From Rhizaria sp. SCN 62-66 (taxonomy: Eukaryota), in contig MEDY01000054.1 of the NCBI GenBank assembly GCA_001724265.1, forward strand, positions 62,001 through 126,000: 64,000 bases of DNA. Direction: 5' to 3'. A model generated the notes under the pieces. It searched no databases and was not told where the DNA came from. It saw only the letters and a list, made by a program, of their open reading frames with translations. A program made the position numbers and the translations under genes. Below, in pieces: positions 57,015 to 64,000 of this stretch. The stretch's first letter is position 1; every line of letters starts with the position of its first letter.

Positions 57015-60000
57015 CAGCGTTAGAAGTCACAGACTCGCCCCCGCTGAGGTCGCCGAGCACCGAGGCGTAGGGCGCGCGCCACGCGGCGTCGAGCCAGACG
57101 GGCGTCATCGGGTCTCGGGTCAGCGCCGTGGACGCGACCGCGAGGGTGGGCAGCAGCGGCGAAAAGCACCCGGGCGCGGGCGTCGGCGCGCACGGGGCGG
57201 CAATGAGCCCCGTGGTCGTGGTGCACGAGCGCAACTGCGGCGACATCAGCGGGTTCGCCGCCGAGACGAGCAGCGAGTGGCCCATGCGCAGCGCGGCGCG
57301 GGCGCGGATCAGAGCGACGGTTTCGTCGCACGGCATCGCGTCGCCCCATACTAGCGAGGCGGGGGCGGCCGAGATGGCTTCGTTGGTGTCGCCCGCGCCG
57401 GCGCAGAGCGTCGCGACGGTGACCGCGGCCGGAACGGCGACACGCGCGGCGGCCGAGGACGCCAGCTCGGCGAGTGCCCATGCGGGTAGGCCCTTGCTCA
57501 GCAGCGCCGTCTCGGCCTCGAGGTCTCGCAACAGCATCGCCTCGGAGCGCGGGGAGCCGATCAGACAGTGCTGCAGACACATGCTGAGCGGCGCCAGCGC
57601 GGGGTGCGCGTCGGCCGCCTCCCAGCCGCCGTTGAGATGGTCGTTGGGCTCGCCCTCGCACACGCGCGCGTCCTCGCGCGCCGACATCTGCGCGTCGGCC
57701 AGGCCGTTGAGCAGCGCCGCCGCGGGCGCGGTGCCGTGCGCGCCAAGCGGGTAGCCGGCGGCGGCCAACTCCGCGCCGCGCGCGGGAGCCGAGCCCTGGG
57801 CGGCGCGGGCGCGCGCGCGCTTTATCGACGCGGGCGCCACAGACGCGTACACGCGCTCGGTCGGCAGGCGGAGTTTATAGTCGAGCGCGAGGTTGATGCG
57901 TAGCAGCAGCAGCACGGCCGCGAGCGCACGGTGGCCCGAAGACTGCACAAACAGGTCCACCTCGGTGTTGCTGCGCGTGCACGACAGCTGCGTCACGGCC
58001 TCGGCGGCCCACAAGTCGCCCTTGTCGGCTGCAGCGCGCTCGGCCGCGGCCGCAGCAGCTGTCGCGCCGCCGGCCGCCGCGCCGGAAGCGGAGGGCGCCG
58101 TCGGAGCGCTGGCCTCGCTGCCGAGCGAGCGTGTGGCGCTGTTGGGCGTGGGCTGACCTCCGCCGCCGACGCCGCCGCCGGGCGCGTAGCCCGTGGCGGC
58201 GTCACTGGCGCTGAGGTTGGCGGCGTCCTCGCGACTGGTGCCGCCGTCCGCGCGGCGGTCCTCACCCAGCCCGGCGGCCCAGCTCTCGGCGGCCGACTGG
58301 CGCGCGCTCTGGCTGCCTGTGGCGCTCTGCTGCGGCGCCGCGCGCGGGCCGACGCGCGCGCGCGTGCGGAGCGACGGTGACGCGTAGGGGTTGATGCCCG
58401 AGAGCAGCGCGAGCGTGGCGCAGGCCGTGGCCAGCACTCCCTCGGCGCAGTCGGAGCGCATGATGCGTGCCACGCTGCGCATCGCGCACTCGGGGCGGAT
58501 GCGCAGGCGGCCGGTCTCGGGGTCCACGTCGACGGGCGACAGACACGGGGGCAGGTTACTCTTCGCGCTCGCGCCCGCGAGCTCGGCCGCGGCGATACCC
58601 GCGCCCGCGGCAGTCAGCGCGATGGCTGCCGCGGGCGTACCGGTGAAGCCCTCCTTAGACTCCGCAGCCCCGGAGGCTCCGGCGGTAGCGGCGGCGGCAC
58701 TCGCAGTTGTAGCCGGCGACGGGGCGGGCGCGCGCGCGTCGGGGCGCGGCAGCAGCGGCGCGGAGAGCCCCAGTGTGGCGTGCACGAGCAGCGCCGGCTG
58801 CGTCACCAGCGCACGGATGCGCGCGCGCAGCGGCTGTTCGAGCGCCTTGAGCTGCGCAAGCACTAGTGAGACGCGGTGGCGTGCGACGACCTGGTGCACC
58901 CACACGCGCACGCCCAACGGGTTCGGCCGCAGCATCGGCGCCGGCGTCGGCACGGGCACGGGCGGCGGGAGCCCGTTTGCGGCCAAAAAGGGCGACTCGG
59001 GCGTGGGGACGCCGCGGGCGCTGCGGGGCGCGCGCGGGGTCGCGTTGGCGCTGCTGCTGATCATGTCAGGCGCGGCGAGCGTGAGCATCGCGGGCAGCGC
59101 GCCCCCCTGGGCCTGCGTCTGCGCCGGCGCGCCCGGGATGGCGAAGATGTCACCCACTGGGAACAGCCACGGGTGCGGCGCGTCGGCGAGCGTGGGCAGC
59201 GGCAACCCGCTGCTGAGTAAGCTGGCGAGCATCTTGCTGGGCGACTGTTTGAGCATGCGGTAGCCGCCAGGGTACGCGCGCGCGAGGGCGACGGGGTACA
59301 CAAAGCGCATCGGGGACAGCAGCACCACGGGCGAGCGCAGATGGTTGTGGAGGACGACGTTAAGCAGCGGACTCAGCGCAGGCTCGGCGGGCAGTGGCAG
59401 CCCGGGTGGCGTCGCCGTGGTGGGCGCAGGCGCCGAGTGCGAGGCGGCGTCGGCAAGCGCGAGTAGCGCCGTGAGCGCGAACTGCGCGCAGTGCGCGATG
59501 GACTTGACGGCCTGGTCGGCGCACAGCGCGGCCGCGCCCTGGCCCGCCGACGGGGCCGCTGAAGCGCAGCTCGCGGTCGGCGGCGGCGGGGGCGGCGGCA
59601 GCGCCAGCGACAGGCCCTGCCACGGCAGCGCCGCCGCGGCCGCGGGGGGCAACGAGCCAGCGGCGGGAGCGCCTGGCGGCGGCGGCGGGACGGGGAGGCC
59701 GCCGATGGACATGCGGCCCGTGTCGATGTCGCCCTTGAAGCGCGCCTGGATGAATCCAAACGTGGGGCAGTGTGCGGCGAGCGCGTTGAGCACGGCGTTG
59801 GCCACGCGCGCGGGGCCCTGGCTCGCGGCTGCGCGGACCGACGCGGCCACAATCCCGGCGGCGCGCGCACAGCTCGCCGACGTCGCGGACTGCTGCTGCG
59901 CGGCCGCGGCGGCGTTGACGGCCGCCGTCGCCGCGGCCGTCGCCGTGCCGAACACGGCGCTCGACAGCGGGGCGCGCGCGGGCATCGCGGCGGCCGCGGC

Positions 60001-61211
60001 TTCCTCGGCCGACACCGTGCACTGCAGCGGGGCCGAGGTGAAGAGCACGTCGGCGAGCGCGGCGATGAAGGGCTCGAAGTGCTCCTGCGTCAACCACGGC
60101 AGCAGCCGCTGCGCCGACGCCCGCATCAGCGCGCCCATCGCGCGCGGACACGTGGGATCGTCGCGCAGCCACTCGAGCTCGTCGTCGAGCGCGATGCCCG
60201 CGGCAGACTCCGTTGCGGCGGCCTCGGCCGCTGTGCGAGCGGCGGCCGCTGCGGCGGTGGCGGCGGCAGCCTGCTGCGCGGGGGGCTTACCCGCCACGCG
60301 CGCGGCGGCGCCCGCGGCGATAGCGGCGGCGGTGGGCGTCCGTGTGGCGGGCAGCGCGGGCAGCGCGGCGCGGAGGAAGGCCCGCAGGTCGCTGTAGCGG
60401 CGGTGCGCGGGGCTCTGCAGCATGAGGATGCGGGAGCGCGCGACGGTGTTGACGCCAGGGGCCGTGGTGAGCCCCGCAGCGCCAAGCACGACGGCTGAGG
60501 GTGAGTAGAAGACGAGCGCGGCCGCGGCGAGGTGGCCATAGCAAGCCATCGACGCCAGCGACGCCGCCGCCAGCGCGGTCCGCGGGGGCAGCGTCGCCCA
60601 CGGTGCGGCCGCCGCGAAGCCCAGCCAGCCCGCCAGCGTCGGCGGCGCGCCGGGGGGCGACAGCGGCGCGGGGGCCGCCACGGAGGCCAGCGCGGTGGCC
60701 GCGGCCGCGGGCGCGGGCGTCGTCGGCAGCAGCGGCGCAGGGAACGAGTGCGCGAAGGCCGTCGAGAGCTCGTGCTGCGGCGTCAGGAAGCGCGTCGTGG
60801 GCAGCGGCGGCTTGGAGACAGCCAGCGCGCTCTTGGCCACGCTGGCAAGGGCCGCGGCGGGCGCGTCGGGCAAATACGGGTTGTAGCGCGGCAGGGCGAA
60901 GAGCGAGCCCTCAACGACTTGTGAAAACAGGTCGGGCGCGCGCGGCGCCACCAGCTGCGGCAGCGGCGCGTGGGCCTTGTTGTGTGAAGACGCTGACGCG
61001 GCGGACGCGTGTGTTGCCGAAGCGTGCGTTGCCGAAGCGTGTGCTGCGGAAGCGAGCGCAGCGGCGGCCGCGGCGGGCGCGGGCGGCAGCGTGTGTGCCG
61101 GATCGTCCGTGGCCATCGCCAGCAGCATCGTGAGCAGAGTGCCAGCGTCCATGACGCGGCCCGCGTACACGACGGCGAGCCGCCGCCCGCGCGCCACGGT
61201 GCCCGTCGCTG

Positions 61212-61250
<39 letters not shown>

Positions 61251-63999
61251 AGCCTGTTGCTGCTGCGGCGGCGGTGGCGGCGGGCAGCGCGGGCGTGGGC
61301 TTGATGACCCGCGTGACGACGAGCGAGAAGGGCCGGTGCACAAGCGCATCTGCCGCCAGCTCGCGCGGCAGCGTGCGCGGCAACACCGCCGCAAGCGCCC
61401 CGCGGGCCACCGCGATGGCCGCCGAGGCGGAGGCGACCTCGGCGTCAAACCACGACGCGGGCGGCGCGGGCACAAACGGAGCGGAGTCGTCAGCGGCCAG
61501 GGCGGCGGCCGCAGCAGCGCCTGCGCTCGTGCTGGCACTGGCGCTCGCACTCGCGCTGGCGTTGTTGGAGTGAGCGTTTGTGTGAGTGGGCGTGGGCGTG
61601 TATGGGTAGAGCAGTGCGCGCTGCCGCAGCAGCCACTGCTGATATTGGTGCAGACGGCGCAAGTGCTCGTAAGACGATAGAGCCGTCACAGGCCCCGCCG
61701 CTGCGGCAGCCCCGCTCGCGGCGCCGGCCACGTGCGCGTTGGTGGGCGCGGGTGCGGGCGCGAGGTCGGGGGACGCCGGCGAGGAGCTGAGGCCGCCCTG
61801 TGCATTCGGAGCGCCGGGTGAGGCGCCGGGCGCGGTGCTGGGCGCCAGGGGCGGCGACAGGGACTGCGACGGCGCGGCCGAGAAGGAGGGCGCCAAGGGT
61901 GGCGTGTGCGTCTGCGAATGCGAATGCGACGGCGACGACGCGGCGAGCGCGGCGGGCGGCGGTGGCGCGAAGGAGGCCACGATCGCGCAGCGGAACCACA
62001 CGACACTGCGCGTCTTCTCATGCTCCGCCGCCGCGCGCGCGCCGTGGGAGCCGGAGGGAGAACCTGCGCCTGCATTAGCGTGCGCGGGGTCCGACGACGC
62101 GCTGTATGCGGCGTGTGCGGGCGGCGCGCAGATGATGCACCAGAACGCCGCGAGTTCCTGTGCCGGCATGCGCGCGCCCGGGATGATGGCGAAGCGCATG
62201 GCGTGCAGAGCCGCACGGATGCGCAGCATGTTATCCGGCGCCGGGAGCTCGGCCGCGGCGCGCGATACGTCGTCGCCGGGGCCCGTACCGGTGGGATACA
62301 GCATCCGCAGCGCCGCCGCCGCCGCGTCTGCCGACTGCAAGTGGGCCTGCGAGTGCTGGGACTGCAGCTGCGGGGGCGGGGCGGTGAGCGCGGCGTAGTC
62401 TGCCATGACAAGCTTGTGCAGCGCCAGTGACGCCGACAGCGCCGGCAGCGCGCCCGTGAGCGCGTTGGGTCCGGCCGCAACGGCGGCAGCGGCGGCCGCG
62501 GCGGCCGTGGCCGCAGCCGCAGCGGCCGTGGCGGCCTCTGCCGTGTGACCGGCGGCCGCGGCGGTCTTGGGCGAGAGCGCGCGGATGGGCCGCGGGACCG
62601 TCTCGGTGAGGATAGCGTCGATCTCTGGCAGCGGCGGCACGGTGACGTAGGCGGGCAGGCGGTGCGAGAGCCGCACTGGCGGCACGGGAAGCACGGGCGG
62701 GCGGAAGAAGCCGCGCTCGACCTCAAGCCGCGACACTGCGGACGCCACGTGGGCCGCGTACTCAAAGCCACCGCTGCCGCCACCATTGAGACCAGTACCA
62801 GCGCCCGTGCCAGGGCCAGGGCCAGGGCCAGTATTGCTGTCTGCGGTGCTGGTGTGGCCGCCGGTCACTGCGCTGTTGAGAGTAGCGCTACTGTTGCTGC
62901 TGTTGCTGGCAGAGGCGCCGCCTCTGCCGCGGGCGGCGGGCGGGAGCAGCGCGTCTTTGCTCGACGACATCACCACCTGCCCGGGGTACTGCGCCGCGTG
63001 CGCTGCATGTGCAGATTGGAGGCGGGACGGTGGCGGCGCAGGCCCGTGCATAGGCCCCTGACCGTAGCCATGACCACTGTGGCCGCTGTGCATAGCGGGC
63101 GGAGTGGCGGCCTCGGACGCGGCGGCGATGGCGGGGGGCAAGTCGGCGTCCGAGCTGATGGCCTGGACCTCGGGCCGTGAGAGAAAGAACGGCGAGTAGG
63201 CCATCGCGGTGAAGAGCAGGTGCAGGCGCGGCACGCGCAGCAGCCACGCCGTGAGGGTCTCGAACACGGCGGGAGACACGCGCACACCCAGCAGCGTGCG
63301 CGCGCGAGACAACGGCTGTGACGATGACGATGACGATGACGATGATGATGACGATGATGATGGTGGTGATGAGAAGCCGACGCCGCTGCAGCTGCCGCCG
63401 GGGCTGCCGTCGGCGGCGGCGCAGCCGAGGCGGGCGCTGGCGGGGGTGGACAACAAGGCCGAGGTCGGGCCTGCTGAGGAAAACGCGGACGCCGAAGCAG
63501 AGGCGGAGGCGGAGGCGGAGGTAGAGGTAGAGGTAGAGGCAGGCGTTGCGGTGTCCCAGAGAGGCTCACAGCGGCAGGGGAGCTGGACGCCGCGGGCCGC
63601 GCCATGCGAGCTCAGGCGGTAGCACCAGTAGAGTGGGATCACCTCGGGCGGCGTGGGCGCACCGGCAGCGCTGTTGCCGAAGCCGTTACTGTTGGTGTTG
63701 GTGTTGCTGTTGACGCTGTGGCTGGGGCTGGGGGGGAAGTCGCCGTTGTGGGAGCCGGTCTGCGAGCTGGGGCGCGTGAGCCCCGGCAGCGAGTAGGCTT
63801 CGTCAACGCACGCAAGCAGCACAAATGCGGGCGTGGGTAGCGTGTTGAGCGCGGCCAGGGCGCTCGTGAGCGTGGGCGCGCCAGTCAGCACGAGGATGCG
63901 GACGACTTGGGCGTTCACTTGGGCGTGCACAAACGCGGCGCGGAACGTGGAAAACATCACGGGTCCCTCGTTCGGGGTAAGAAACGTCATGTCGGACAC
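28891..63999 (-). CDS. Giant low-complexity protein (>=11,700 aa, 5' end outside window) with an ankyrin-like island and C-terminal Ser/Thr kinase domain; one in-frame TAG at 31141-31143
   Basis: A single frame is open from 63999 to TGA 28891-28893 except for the TAG at 31141. Only 12 sense codons (LSAAAGAWAEVD) separate the TAG from the Met at 31104. No AT-rich intron or intergenic spacer was seen in 35 kb. If TAG terminates, this would instead be two genes (31141..63999 and 28891..31104) 36 nt apart. Confidence 0.75.
29260..31090 (-). other. Protein kinase catalytic domain split by low-complexity insertions (approximate bounds)
   Basis: LGRGQFGKV, VAVK, IFNEI (alphaC Glu), IIMELF, AHFDIKLHNILI, LGDFG, RGTEIYQSPE, SDSWSL, LLNFDPARR; all catalytic motifs present. 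Confidence 0.92.
31477..31579. repeat. Perfect 51-bp tandem duplication within coding sequence
   Basis: cggccccgtgcccggcgtgcgcgagggcgagatgagcggggtcgaaccctg occurs twice (from 31477 and 31528); encodes QGSTPLISPSRTPGTGP twice on the minus strand. Confidence 0.95.
40615..40795 (-). other. Ankyrin-repeat-like segment (about two repeats) in the giant protein
   Basis: PLLHMAVLLRNADTVERLIVDRADVAAVDRPGGASALRLACAVKDIAILAAMQRAGA fits the ankyrin consensus LH.A......V..L....ADV...D..G.S/TAL..A. Confidence 0.7.
54017..54052. repeat. (GCA)12 coding microsatellite (poly-Ala)
   Basis: Perfect trinucleotide run read directly; in frame in the giant ORF. Confidence 0.9.
56976..57011. repeat. (CAG)12 coding microsatellite (poly-Ala on minus strand)
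   Basis: Perfect trinucleotide run read directly. Confidence 0.9.
61214..61249. repeat. (GCC)12 coding microsatellite (poly-Ala on minus strand)
   Basis: Perfect trinucleotide run read directly. Confidence 0.9.
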
Positions 64000-64000
64000 G

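Noticed and set aside
54017-61249. Three perfect triplet runs each exactly 12 units long
   Set aside because: Other runs have different lengths; probably coincidence or an assembly effect.
31919-63840. Many long plus-strand and alternate-frame ORFs overlapping the giant ORF (also over the other genes)
   Set aside because: Expected shadows of GC-rich, stop-poor coding DNA; no recognisable domains.
28891-63999. Giant ORF as a PKS/NRPS, viral polyprotein or transposon
   Set aside because: No KS, condensation, adenylation, RT, integrase, transposase or capsid motifs recognised; composition matches the neighbouring host genes.

Overview
A eukaryotic, probably protist, nuclear segment with GC-rich exons, short AT-rich intergenic spacers and short spliceosomal introns. 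Ten protein-coding genes can be modelled, in order: a 5'-truncated NEK kinase (+), a Coa1/Tim21-like mitochondrial protein (-), HGSNAT (+), COQ8/ADCK3 (-), a Tctex-1 dynein light chain (+), a hypothetical protein with a degenerate EF-hand (-), a plant/bacterial-type glutaminyl cyclase (+), a FATP/very-long-chain acyl-CoA synthetase (-), RTRAF/C14orf166 (-), and a giant, apparently intronless gene (at least 11,700 codons, running off the right edge) ending in a protein kinase domain (-). The main observation is that five in-frame TAG codons interrupt three otherwise intact genes, with coding sequence continuing in frame after each. No internal TAA, TGA or frameshift was found in any exon, and all ten modelled genes end in TAA or TGA. 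This points to a variant nuclear genetic code in which UAG alone is a sense codon; local context favours Gln but does not prove it. All nine confident introns begin GTACG and are 136-196 nt long. No RNA genes, CRISPR arrays or mobile elements were recognised. Family assignments come from recalled motifs, not database searches.
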